Of a stretch of DNA of 64,000 nt, positions 50,466-59,311 are shown one piece after another. The position numbers and the translations under genes were made by a program. The notes under the pieces were generated by a model. That model was not told where the DNA came from. It did not search any database and was given only the letters and a program-made list of their open reading frames with translations. This DNA is from an uncultured Solirubrobacterales bacterium (GTDB lineage Bacteria; Actinomycetota; Thermoleophilia; Solirubrobacterales; Solirubrobacteraceae), in contig CAVYWG010000014.1 of NCBI GenBank assembly GCA_963772075.1, forward strand, positions 14,950 to 78,949, written 5' to 3'. Each line of letters begins with the position of its first letter. Within the stretch, counting starts at the first letter, position 1.

Positions 50466-51365
50466 CGCTCGCCTCCCGCGCCGTACAGCAACGTTGCCGC
50501 GGCCGCCGTGACCAGGAGCCCTGTAGCGAACACCAGCCACGTGGCCGGCGTCGGGTGTGCGTGCGCGACGTGCGCCGCCGGCGAGCGTCCCGGCGGCCAC
50601 GATCGTGAGTGCGGCGGCGGCGTTTACGAGCCACCCGGCGGCGGCGGCGACCAACGCCCCGAGCTCCGGCAAGCCTCGCAATGCGAGCCCGGCGCCGGCG
50701 ACTATCAGCCACATTGCCGCCAACGCCACGGGGGCGACCCCCGGGAGGCTGTTGCCGCCGATCACCAGCGTCGTGCCGAGCGGTGTTCCTTCCAGCCACG
50801 GCTGCTGGCGCAGTTGCAAGAGCGCGGGGAGCGCGAGCGCAAGCACGACCAGTGCGCCGGCCGTCGGGCGGCCCCGCTCGCGCAGCGCGGCGATCCTCGC
50901 CAGCAGGCTCGCGCGGGCCGGCTCGCTGGCGGCGACGATCGTGCCGAGCGCCGCCCCGAGGGCCAGCCACGCGCCTGGTCCGACTTCGGCGCCGAGCGCC
51001 AGGCGATGCCCGTGCAGCGTGAGCCGGTCACTCGGAAGCACGGACGCCGCGGCGAGCGAGATCGCGATCAGGAGCGCGGCCCCGAATGCGGCCGCCACAC
51101 CCGCGAACGCTGCTACCTCGAGGCCGCGTGTCTGCCCGGCCAGCGCGAGCAGCGCCCCACCAGCGATCGCCCCGCTCGCAAAGCCGATCGCGGTAAGCGC
51201 TATGGGCGCGGCGATCAGGGTGCTGGAGGCGTCGCTGTTTCCGACCTCAACCGAAGTCCAGGTCAGCAGTGTGCTGGCTGCCAGCAGCACTGCGCAGCCA
51301 AGCGTCGTCAGGCAGGCCGCCGACTGGCGCCGATGCTGCCGTAGCTCCCCGTTCCCCACCTTCAT
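50462..51365 (-). pseudogene. Multi-pass membrane protein, frameshift near 3' end
   Basis: About eight hydrophobic segments. At ~50580 the alternative frame gives a final TM (PATWLVFATGLLVTAAAATLLY) and a stop overlapping the next ATG. Confidence 0.65.
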
Positions 51366-51393
51366 AGAGGCACGTATACACGCGCGGTGAAAC

Positions 51394-51447
51394 CCCGCCG
51401 TCACGGCGGGCCGTCAGCCGGCCGTCAGCGTCCGTCAGCCATCGTCC
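51394..51447. promoter_or_regulatory. CCGTCA direct-repeat array in divergent intergenic region
   Basis: CCGTCA at 51398, 51411, 51422, 51432, degenerate TCGTCC at 51442; 8-bp inverted repeat CCCGCCGT-C-ACGGCGGG at 51394-51410. Confidence 0.6.
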
Positions 51448-51478
51448 GGATTTCAGTAGGCTTCGGGAGTTGCGAGTG

Positions 51479-53836
51479 ATGACACAAATCAGAGTTTTAG
51501 GGGAGTGGAGCGTCGTCTGCAACGGCAAGGCCGTCGCGACTGGCCCCAACCAGAGAGCCGTCCTGCACGCGCTCGTGATGAGTCGCGGCGACATCGACCG
51601 CGGTGACCTCAAGGAGGTCCTCCCGAACCGCCCGATGGAGTGGGAGAAAGGGCAGAAGGCGATTCGCAATGCGCTCACCTACTTGCGAAAAGAACTCAAA
51701 CTCGATATTTCCGAAAACGCGAATCCGGTGACGATGGGACCCACCCAGGCCCATGCCAGCATCGACCTGTGGGACTTCTTCGCCCACGTTGAGAGCGAGG
51801 ATTACGCGGCTGCCCGGGCGTTGATCGCCAAGGGGCAGGAACCGCGGCTGCTGGAGACAGATGCCGAACACAACGAGCTTTGGGCAACGACGCTCGAGGA
51901 GTTCGCTGAGGCCAAGCGGAAGGTTTCGGCGGCGTTCGAGTTGAGCTCTGGGCGCCGCCGCTCGATGCTCGACACGCGCGAGCGGCTGCTGAAGCGCAGC
52001 CTCGTGCCCGGCGTCGGCCGGCAGGTCCCGATCAGCGCCGTCCGTGAGCGACTCGAGCCACTCACATTCCCGTGGCGCTGGCTGCGGCCGGAGGCTGGGC
52101 CCGGCGGGAGGCCACTGCCCGGGCGCCTGGCTGAGCTGTTGGCCGCAAGCGACGCTCCGCCGCAACAGCTGATCGTCGTCGGACCGCCGGGGGCGGGCAA
52201 GACGCTCACGGCGATCTTGACGTTCCTGCAGCTCACCGATCGGCTGGAGGGCTCCAATCCGATGCATGGCATGCGTCCGGTGCTCTACGTCGATGCCCAC
52301 ACCGAAGGTGCCCAACGCGACTTCGCCACCGACACCTGGTTCGAGCGCCGTCTGCACGAGATGGACGCCGTCGGTCACGGCCAGCCGGTCGTGATCATGC
52401 CCCACGCGGACGCGTTTCTCTCGCGTGACCAGGAGAAACTCGGGAGGATCCTCAACTGGCGGGTGTTTCGCGATCACGACATCCTGCTGTGCTGCGGCGA
52501 GCAGTTCTACTCAAAGGGTTTGCGCTACGAGGAGTACGGAACGCACGTGATGCAGCTTGAGCCATGGAGTCGCGAGCTGCAGCGTGCCTTCGCGCTCGCG
52601 GTTTTCAACCAAAAGACATGCAGAGCCTTCGAGCGCTGGCGCGACGCGGACGAGACCGGCACACGCGCGAAGCTATGCATGGTGCCTCTGCATCTCGCCC
52701 ATGTCCTGCCGCTGGTCGACGCCAACCGACAGGCGCTCAACAGGATCTCAACTCGCTGGCACCTGTTTGACCAGGTTGCCCGTATGCGTTTGGGCGTTGC
52801 TGGTCATAGCGGCACCGAGGAGGAGTTATTCTGGGAGCTGGCCGCACTTGCCCACCGCTTCTACACGGCCGGTACGCCTGCCGACACCCCGATCGGCTTC
52901 AACCTCGAGGATCTGCGTCAGTACCTGAGAGCCCGCTCGCGCAGGTCCGTTAGGGCGCGGGTCGAGACGATCGTGAATCACACGCTGCTCGTGAACCCAC
53001 AGCCCGGCAGCGACGAGTTGCGCTTCGAGGAGCCATCCTGGGGCTGGTTCTTCCTCGCGCGACACCTCGTCCACACACTTACCTACAGTCCGCAGGAGGC
53101 TCTCAGGGCATTCTCGAAGTTCCTCTCGGCCGATGTCATGGAACTGTGCGAAGAAATCCTGCGGGATGCGCTGGTCCATCACCACGAGCCGATCCTGGAC
53201 GCGCTGCGCTTCGCGCTGTGGGAGGACACCGCGACTGACCTCTCGCCCAGTCGCCGCACGATTGCGCGCGAACAGATCGGCTACCTGCTCGGGGCGATTG
53301 GTGACGGCGGGGTACGCGCGGAGCTGGCGGCGTTGATGGACAGCGACGCCGGCACGTGGGAGCCGGATCCCCTGGTGCGTCGTGGCATCGCCTTCGGCTT
53401 GGCCAATGGCGGCGCCGCGGAGTTTGCCGATCGCTACGTGCAGGTGCTGCGCGACGAGCGCGCACGGGGGGAGGCACACGAGCGCAGCGTCAACATCGGC
53501 TTCTTTTTGAGCTTCCGTGGCGACCAGCCATACGATCACGAGCGGCCCGGCGAGATCGGCGTGCGGCCCGAACCGGTCCGCACCGTCGCCGATCTGGTGC
53601 GCGGGCTCGAGGAGGACAGGCACTGTGGGTCGTGGCGGATCAAGCTCTTCACGCTCGTCGACCTGGCACAACATCCGGCGATCGAGCCGGAGTGCTATGA
53701 GCGTGCGATCGCGCCCTATCGCGAGCGTCTGAACACGATCCTCCAGCGGTTGGAAGCCGATTCGCAGCGAAGCGAGTGGGTCGAGCTCGCCGAATTGCGC
53801 GAGCAGCTCGACGATCAGGGCGCCGTGGCGGCTTAA
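51479..53836 (+). CDS. wHTH/SARP-like N-terminus + STAND(NACHT-like) P-loop NTPase + helical C-terminus
   Basis: IRVLGEWSV..GPNQRAVLHALVM..LPN..AIRNALTYLRKEL resembles the OmpR/SARP wHTH; SIDLWDF resembles the BTAD start; Walker A IVVGPPGAGKT; C+xPL.L motif; LRFEEPSWGWFFLAR; HEAT-like helices. Confidence 0.7.
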   Translation: MTQIRVLGEWSVVCNGKAVATGPNQRAVLHALVMSRGDIDRGDLKEVLPNRPMEWEKGQKAIRNALTYLRKELKLDISENANPVTMGPTQAHASIDLWDFFAHVESEDYAAARALIAKGQEPRLLETDAEHNELWATTLEEFAEAKRKVSAAFELSSGRRRSMLDTRERLLKRSLVPGVGRQVPISAVRERLEPLTFPWRWLRPEAGPGGRPLPGRLAELLAASDAPPQQLIVVGPPGAGKTLTAILTFLQLTDRLEGSNPMHGMRPVLYVDAHTEGAQRDFATDTWFERRLHEMDAVGHGQPVVIMPHADAFLSRDQEKLGRILNWRVFRDHDILLCCGEQFYSKGLRYEEYGTHVMQLEPWSRELQRAFALAVFNQKTCRAFERWRDADETGTRAKLCMVPLHLAHVLPLVDANRQALNRISTRWHLFDQVARMRLGVAGHSGTEEELFWELAALAHRFYTAGTPADTPIGFNLEDLRQYLRARSRRSVRARVETIVNHTLLVNPQPGSDELRFEEPSWGWFFLARHLVHTLTYSPQEALRAFSKFLSADVMELCEEILRDALVHHHEPILDALRFALWEDTATDLSPSRRTIAREQIGYLLGAIGDGGVRAELAALMDSDAGTWEPDPLVRRGIAFGLANGGAAEFADRYVQVLRDERARGEAHERSVNIGFFLSFRGDQPYDHERPGEIGVRPEPVRTVADLVRGLEEDRHCGSWRIKLFTLVDLAQHPAIEPECYERAIAPYRERLNTILQRLEADSQRSEWVELAELREQLDDQGAVAA

Positions 53837-53909
53837 GTAGACCCAGCGAGGCGGGCTCAGCAGCCACTCAAATCCCTCGCCCAAACGGGCATCCACGCCG
53901 GCGGGTGGG

Positions 53910-56066
53910 CTACGGCACCTTCGCCACCGCACCGATCGGCGCGCACAGGCTGGACGCGTCGATGAAGAACTGCCGCGCTAGCGCAGCGATCATACGCGCG
54001 AGCTCCTCGTGCTCCTCGGGTCGCCACCCCTCCAGCAGGTCGCGCAGGCGCTGTTCACCGGTCGCGGTCAGGCGCGCGAGCGTTGCGTGGCCGTCGTCGG
54101 TAAGCGCCTCGGATGTGGCAGCGTCTGCCGTGAACGCGGTGGCGTCGGGAGCACCGTCTGTGAGCGCGTCGGCGTGGGGAGCGCCGTCCCTGAGCGCCTC
54201 GGCTGAGTGGTTACCCCGTATCGGCGCCTGGGCTATGGGAGCGCCGTCCGCGGACGGCCCGATCAGACTCTTGCGCGCCAGCTCCTCGTGCGCAGCGGTG
54301 AGCGTGTCGAGGGGGATGTCGTACCGCGCGGCGAGCGTGGCCAGCGGAGGATGGCTCTCGCTGAGCCGCGCCAGCAGCCAGCACGCCGCCGGGGAGAGGT
54401 CCACGCCGGCGCGGGCCGCGACGCGCACCACGATCTCCCGCGCCCCCTCGCGGCGGTCGAGGCGCCCGAGCTTGTTGACGATCTCCGCCAGCGAGTCGCT
54501 CTCGCGTGGCGTGGCGTAGGTGTCGCCGAGGTCGCCGGTGGCGACCGTTTCGCGCAGCCGCAACTCGCGGATGAACCATGTCAGTACGAACCCCACCGCG
54601 GCGAAGCCGGCGGCGGCGAGGAACACGTCGTTCAGCGAACCGGTGAACGCGTGCAGGTAGCCGGCGTGCAGAGACGGCGGCAGGTGCGCGATCTGCGCTG
54701 GGTTGACCTCACCGCTGGTGGTGGTGTGCGCTGCCGCGCCGGGGGGCAGCGCGCTGCGCAGCTCTTCGCGCAGGCGGTTGGCGAAGATCGCCCCGAGCGT
54801 GGCCGTGCCGAGCGAGCCGCCGATCGAGCGAAACAGCGTCGCGCCCGAGGTCGCCACGCCGAGGTCGGCGTACTCCACCGCGTTCTGCACGGCGAGCACC
54901 AGCACCTGCATCACCATCCCGAGCCCCAACCCCACCACGAACATGAACACGAAGATCACCCCGCGACTACTCGTCGAGTTCATCGTCGAGAGCAGGTACA
55001 GGCCCAGCGTCATCACCGCGGTGCCGGCGATCGGGAAGGCCTTGTAGCGGCCGGTGCGCGTGATCACCTGCCCGGAGGCGATCGAGGTGATCAGCAGGCC
55101 GCCCATCAGCGGTACCAGTTGCAGCCCCGAGCCGGTGGGGGAGGCGCCCTTGACGACCTGCAGGAACAGCGGCAGGTAGGTCACTGCCCCGAATAGCCCA
55201 AACCCGACGACAAAGCCGACGGCGCTGGTCACCGCGAACACCCGGTTGCTCAGCAGTCGTGGCGGTAGGATCGGCTCGCGCGCGTGGCGCTCCCACACCA
55301 GGAACGCCGCCAGCGCCACCACCCCACCGGCCCACAGGCCGACGATCACCGAGGAGCCCCACGCGTAGGAGGTGCCGCCGAGCGAGGCCGCCAGCACGAT
55401 CGCGCTCAACCCCGCCGCGAGCAGCGCGGTGCCGAAGTAGTCGATCGTGTGGTGCACACGCTCGGAGGCGGCCGGCAGCGTCGCGGCCAGCACGAACAGG
55501 GCGGCCACGCCGAGCGGCAGGTTGACGTAGAAGATCCAGCGCCAGCTGAGGTTGGTCGTCAGGAACCCGCCGAGCAGCGGCCCGGCGACGCTCGCGAGGC
55601 CAAACACGGCGCCGAACAGGCCCGTGTAGCGGCCCCGTTCGCGGGGCGGCACGACGTCCCCGATCGCCGCCTGTGCGCTGACCATCAGGCCCCCGCCGCC
55701 GAGGCCCTGCAGCGCGCGGAAGGCGATCAGCTCATCGAGGCTGCGGCTCTGCCCGCACAGCGCCGAGCCGGCGAGGAACACGAGCAGCGCGCTCTGCAGC
55801 ACGATCTTGCGTCCGTACAGGTCCCCGAGCTTGCCGTACAGCGGCGTGACTACCGTCTGCGCGAGCAGGTAGGCGGTCACCACCCACGAGATGTGGTTAA
55901 GCCCACCGAGATCCCCAACGATCGTCGGCAGCGCGGTGGCGACGATCGTCTGGTCGAGCGCCGCGAGGAACATCACCAGCAGCAGCCCGGCGAACACCAG
56001 GCGCAGGTTGACTCGCTCGCCTCGCTCCGTCGCGGGTGGGATCGGAGGGGATGCGACTGTGCTCAC
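53910..56066 (-). CDS. DHA2/MDR family MFS transporter with MarR-like C-terminal extension
   Basis: FLAALDQTIVATALP, GKLGDLYGRK, RALQGLGGGG, 14-TM pattern; C-terminal GVDLSPAACWLLARL...LTDDG. Confidence 0.92.
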   Translation of the reverse strand: MSTVASPPIPPATERGERVNLRLVFAGLLLVMFLAALDQTIVATALPTIVGDLGGLNHISWVVTAYLLAQTVVTPLYGKLGDLYGRKIVLQSALLVFLAGSALCGQSRSLDELIAFRALQGLGGGGLMVSAQAAIGDVVPPRERGRYTGLFGAVFGLASVAGPLLGGFLTTNLSWRWIFYVNLPLGVAALFVLAATLPAASERVHHTIDYFGTALLAAGLSAIVLAASLGGTSYAWGSSVIVGLWAGGVVALAAFLVWERHAREPILPPRLLSNRVFAVTSAVGFVVGFGLFGAVTYLPLFLQVVKGASPTGSGLQLVPLMGGLLITSIASGQVITRTGRYKAFPIAGTAVMTLGLYLLSTMNSTSSRGVIFVFMFVVGLGLGMVMQVLVLAVQNAVEYADLGVATSGATLFRSIGGSLGTATLGAIFANRLREELRSALPPGAAAHTTTSGEVNPAQIAHLPPSLHAGYLHAFTGSLNDVFLAAAGFAAVGFVLTWFIRELRLRETVATGDLGDTYATPRESDSLAEIVNKLGRLDRREGAREIVVRVAARAGVDLSPAACWLLARLSESHPPLATLAARYDIPLDTLTAAHEELARKSLIGPSADGAPIAQAPIRGNHSAEALRDGAPHADALTDGAPDATAFTADAATSEALTDDGHATLARLTATGEQRLRDLLEGWRPEEHEELARMIAALARQFFIDASSLCAPIGAVAKVP
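54091..54250 (-). repeat. 30-bp (10-aa) degenerate tandem repeat in MFS tail
   Basis: About five copies, e.g. GCACCGTCTGTGAGCGCGTCGGCGTGGGGA and GCGCCGTCCCTGAGCGCCTCGGCTGAGTGG, encoding DGAP...(E/D)AL(T/R). Confidence 0.75.
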
Positions 56067-56269
56067 TCAGTCTCCTCGCAGAGCCGGATGAACTTACACT
56101 ACCGGCAACGCACCCACGAGCGAGATGCACGATGGGCGTAACCCGGTGGGCCTGCAGATTCCGAACTTCACCTACGCGGGGTCGCGGACGGTTAGCCGGT
56201 GCGGCCTGCGGGATGCACGCTGGCGCGGCGCTCGGCTGACCGGCCGAAGGGATTCGTTAGAGTCCCACC

Positions 56270-57277
56270 GTGACGTCCAACCACGCCAACGCAGACTCCC
56301 ACGGCCGCTCGTGGGAGCCTCCGCGGCCCGTGGGAGTGCCCACCATCCCGCCGAAGTTCGACGAGTGGCAGATCGAGCTCCACGGACGTCGCGTGATGTA
56401 CAGAGTGGCGGGCAGCGGGCCACCGGTGGTGTTGATCCATGGGATGCTCAACTCCTCAAGCCACTGGCGCTCGGTGGCGCTGAACCTAGCCGGCGACTAC
56501 ACAGTGATCGCCCCCGACCTGATCGGGCACGGCGACTCCGCGGCGCCCCGTGGCGACTACTCGCTGGGGGCGCACGCCTCCAGCATCCGCGATCTGCTGG
56601 CGGCGATCGGAATCGACCGCGCGAGCATCGTCGGACACTCGCTCGGCGGGGGTGTGGCGATGCAGTTCTTCTACCAGTTCCCCCAGCGCACCGAGCGGCT
56701 CGTGCTGATCTCCTCCGGCGGTCTCGGCCACGAAGTCAGCCCGTTGCTGCGCACCGCCGCGCTGCCGGGCGTCTCCGCGCTGCTGTCGCTCACCATCCAC
56801 CAGCGCCTGCTCGGTGGGCTGACCGACGCAGGGCGCCACCTGCGCGAGCGCAAGGTGCGCCCCGGCGTGCACATGCAAGCACTGGCTCGTGCGTTACGCC
56901 CGTTGGAGAACGCCGACGCGCGCCAGGCGTTCTTGCAAACGCTCCGTGCGGTGATCGACGTACACGGCCAACGGGTGAGCGCGACGGATCGCCTTTATCT
57001 GCTGGAGTCGATGCCCACGTTGATCGTGTGGGGCGAGCGCGACAACACGATCCCGTTGTCACACGGACGCCGTGCGCACGAAGCGATCCCCAACTGCCGC
57101 TTCCACACGCTGCCGAGTGCGGCCCACTTTCCGCATCTGGAAGATCCAGAGGGGCTCTCCGAGGTGCTGGCTGAGTTCATCGGGAGTACACGCCCCGGGG
57201 TCATCGACGACGCCGACTGGGGCGCGGTGCTCTCCAGGCGCTCGCCACCCCGACGCGTCGGCGAGGCCGCGGCGTAG
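56270..57277 (+). CDS. Alpha/beta-fold hydrolase
   Basis: VLIHG, APDLIGHGDS, VGHSLGGG nucleophile elbow, WGERD, HFPH. Confidence 0.93.
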   Translation: MTSNHANADSHGRSWEPPRPVGVPTIPPKFDEWQIELHGRRVMYRVAGSGPPVVLIHGMLNSSSHWRSVALNLAGDYTVIAPDLIGHGDSAAPRGDYSLGAHASSIRDLLAAIGIDRASIVGHSLGGGVAMQFFYQFPQRTERLVLISSGGLGHEVSPLLRTAALPGVSALLSLTIHQRLLGGLTDAGRHLRERKVRPGVHMQALARALRPLENADARQAFLQTLRAVIDVHGQRVSATDRLYLLESMPTLIVWGERDNTIPLSHGRRAHEAIPNCRFHTLPSAAHFPHLEDPEGLSEVLAEFIGSTRPGVIDDADWGAVLSRRSPPRRVGEAAA

Positions 57278-57407
57278 GGTTCACCTCACAATAGATGCCG
57301 GATCAGGGTATCCCGTTCGGCCGATCTTGGGACGTGGGCTCAAAGGCGGGCGACCGCGCCCGGGCGCCCACCTGTCAGGCGCGCGCGCAGACCATAATCC
57401 GCCGGTG

Positions 57408-59306
57408 ATGGCGCGCGAGCGAGAAGCCGCGGTTGACCCCGGCCGTACCGCCTGGGCCCGCAACTTGGCGGCGCCCGTAAGGGACTTCCTGGGCACCGAA
57501 ACCGGCAGCGCGATCGTGCTGGCGGCGATGACGGTGCTCGCCTTGGCGTGGGCCAACTCGCCCTGGTGGCACGCCTACGACTCGCTGTGGCACACCACGC
57601 TCTCGATCACGATCGGCGCCAGCGGGATCTCGACCGATCTGCGCCACTGGGTCAACGAGGGGCTGATGACGTTCTTCTTTCTCGTCGTCGGGCTGGAGGC
57701 CAAGCGCGAGCTCGACCTCGGCGAGCTGCGCGAGCGTCGTCGCGTGGCGATTCCCCTGTTCTCCGCGCTCGGCGGGATGGTGGTTCCCGTGGCGATCTAC
57801 CTGGCCCTCAACGCTGGTGGCCCGGGCGCGCACGGCTGGGGGGCGGCGATGTCGACGGACACTGCGTTTGCGCTGGGCGCCCTGGCGCTACTCACCCCGC
57901 GTGCGGCAACACGACTGCGCGTGTTCCTGCTGACGTTGGCGGTGGTCGATGACCTCGGCGCGCTGTTGGTGATCGCGATTGTCTACACCACCCACGTCTC
58001 GATCCTCGCGCTGGCGGTCGCGGTCGTGCTGCTCGGCGGCTTGCTCCTGCTCGCGCGCGCGCCGCGGTGGCTGCGCCCGGTGTCGATCGCGCTCGCGGTC
58101 GGCCTGTGGGTCGCGATGTTCGAGTCGGGCATCGACCCGGTGATCTCCGGGCTGGTGGTCGGGCTCGCCACCAGCGCCTACCCGCCCGCGCGCGAGGACC
58201 TGGAGCGCGCCACGATGCTGACGCGCTCGTTTCGCGAGCAGCCCACCCCGGAGCTGGCGCGCTCCGCACAGGAGGGTGTGGCGTCGGCGATCTCGCCCAA
58301 CGAGCGGCTGCAGTACACCCTGCACCCGTGGACGAGCTACGTGATCGTGCCGCTGTTCGCGCTCGCCAACGCCGGTGTTCATCTGACGAGCGGATTGCTC
58401 GAACAGGCACTCAGCTCGCCGATCACGCTGGGGATCCTCCTCGCCTACGTCGCCGGCAAGCCGCTGGGCATCGCCGGGGCCTCGTGGCTGGTGTCCAGAC
58501 CGGCGCTGCGCGGGCCGCGCTCGCCGCTCAGCCCGCCGCTGCTGGCGGCCGGTGGCGCGTTCGCGGGAATCGGCTTCACGGTGTCGCTGTTGATCGCGAG
58601 CCTCGCCTTCACCGGCGTGCGGCTCGACGAGGCCAAGCTGGGCGCGCTCGGCTCGGTCGTGCTGGCGCCGCTGGTTGGCTGGACGGTGCTACGTATCGTG
58701 CGGCGCCTACCGGAGCGGGTGAGGGCGCGACAGCTCGCGGGCACCGCCGCGGACATCCTCGACCTCGCCGAGGACGTCGACCCCGAGCGCGACCACATCC
58801 GCGGCCCGACCGACGCGCTGGTCACGCTGGTCGAGTACGGCGACTTCGAGTGTCCCTACTGCGGCCAGGCGGAGGGAGTGATCCGCGAGCTGCTGGCGTC
58901 CTTCGAGGACGAGGTGCGCTACGTGTGGCGCCACCTGCCGCTCAACGACGTGCACCCGTACGCGCAGATGGCGGCCGAGGCCTCGGAGGCGGCCGCCGCC
59001 CAGGGCAGCTTCTGGGAGATGTACGACACGCTGCTGCGCCACCAGGGCGAACTGCGCTCGATGCAGCTCGCCACGTACGCGCAGGAGCTCGAGCTGGACG
59101 CCGAGCGACTGCTGGAGGAGGTGCGCCGCCGCGAGTACGCGTCGCGGATCAACGAAGACGTGGCTAGCGCCGACGAAAGCGGTGTCTCCGGCACGCCCAC
59201 CTTCTTCATCAACGGGCGCCGCCACTACGGCGCCTATGACATCGAAGCGCTCACCGACGCCGTGCGCGCGGCGCGTCGGCGAGCGCGGGTACTGGCCGGG
59301 GTGTGA
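57408..59306 (+). CDS. nhaA: Na+/H+ antiporter NhaA fused to thioredoxin/DsbA-like domain
   Basis: WVNEGLMTFFFLVVGLEAKRE, GWGAAMSTDTAF, LAVVDD, GKPLGI, GIGFTVSL; C-terminal EYGDFECPYC...GVSGTPTFFING. CATAAT -10-like hexamer at ~57393. Confidence 0.93.
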   Translation: MAREREAAVDPGRTAWARNLAAPVRDFLGTETGSAIVLAAMTVLALAWANSPWWHAYDSLWHTTLSITIGASGISTDLRHWVNEGLMTFFFLVVGLEAKRELDLGELRERRRVAIPLFSALGGMVVPVAIYLALNAGGPGAHGWGAAMSTDTAFALGALALLTPRAATRLRVFLLTLAVVDDLGALLVIAIVYTTHVSILALAVAVVLLGGLLLLARAPRWLRPVSIALAVGLWVAMFESGIDPVISGLVVGLATSAYPPAREDLERATMLTRSFREQPTPELARSAQEGVASAISPNERLQYTLHPWTSYVIVPLFALANAGVHLTSGLLEQALSSPITLGILLAYVAGKPLGIAGASWLVSRPALRGPRSPLSPPLLAAGGAFAGIGFTVSLLIASLAFTGVRLDEAKLGALGSVVLAPLVGWTVLRIVRRLPERVRARQLAGTAADILDLAEDVDPERDHIRGPTDALVTLVEYGDFECPYCGQAEGVIRELLASFEDEVRYVWRHLPLNDVHPYAQMAAEASEAAAAQGSFWEMYDTLLRHQGELRSMQLATYAQELELDAERLLEEVRRREYASRINEDVASADESGVSGTPTFFINGRRHYGAYDIEALTDAVRAARRRARVLAGV

Positions 59307-59311
59307 GGGGC

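Noticed and set aside
50223-51404. 393-aa single membrane protein
   Set aside because: The alternate frame at ~50580 gives a final TM and stop, and the downstream small gene has its own RBS and ATG.
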